Source: Malacoraja senta
Lineage: Eukaryota
DNA length: 64,000 bases
Reading direction: 5' to 3'
Assembly: GCA_038087875.1 (NCBI GenBank)
Contig: CM075993.1
Span: 434,001 to 498,000, forward strand
Both the position numbers and the translations under genes were made by a program. The notes below the pieces were generated by a model. That model ran no database searches. It saw nothing but the letters and a program-made list of their open reading frames with translations, and was not told the origin of the DNA. Shown in pieces: positions 63,613 to 64,000 of the stretch. Position 1 is the stretch's first letter, and every line of letters starts with the position of its first letter.

Positions 63613-64000
63613 GTAAGTGTTATCCATGGCCCATTCGTTGAGCTGATTCATGATACTTGTCATTGTGTTCAACAACCTCGCTGTAAAAGACTGTGTTTTG
63701 TGATTTTCTTTAATTGATGATTTTTTCCATGAAGATAAAGTTTCTGTTCCGGCATATTTGTTTTATCCATTGGTAAACCAAGCCTCCTCCTGCTGCTTCC
63801 TCTGCTGCTAAGTGTTCATGTTGTTGGAATATTATCTTTATCACGTCAGAGACACCAATTATGTTGCTATCCACCTTCGCTGTGATTAGTTTTATGGATG
63901 GGTTCCTGCCGTCGACTTATTCGCCACACCCCACCTGTTATCTTTCAAAATCTTTGTACTCCCTATTAAACCGGTTGCTGTTTTCAACCAGTCAAGTGCC

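Overview
Vertebrate genomic DNA. The repeat content (Penelope, CR1, Rex1/Babar, HE1-like V-SINE) points to a cartilaginous fish, probably a skate or ray (inference). There are four spliced protein-coding loci: TARS3/TARSL2 (+, 16514-31299), TM2D3 (+, 32779-38395), LARP6 (-, 42220-46301 or 46505) and the 5' part of LRRC49 (+, from 52279, running off the window). An assembly gap of 317 N lies at 32287-32603. Main observations: (1) four 12-46 bp palindromic inserts with CAAAGATC ends sit near promoters, three with visible 8-bp target-site duplications (TSDs), and look like P-element excision footprints; (2) TARS3 appears to have lost its TGS/editing-domain exons in frame, and has an altered anticodon-binding motif and a C-terminal extension; (3) LARP6 exon 3 carries two compensating pairs of 1-nt indels that create three in-frame TGA codons (pseudogenisation or assembly error); (4) there are Penelope-linked minimal hammerhead motifs, a THAP-bearing transposon nested in a GIY-YIG motif, a twin-primed Rex1, and a templated inverted 60-bp insertion flanking an LRRC49 exon. 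All alignments to known proteins are from memory; no searches were run.
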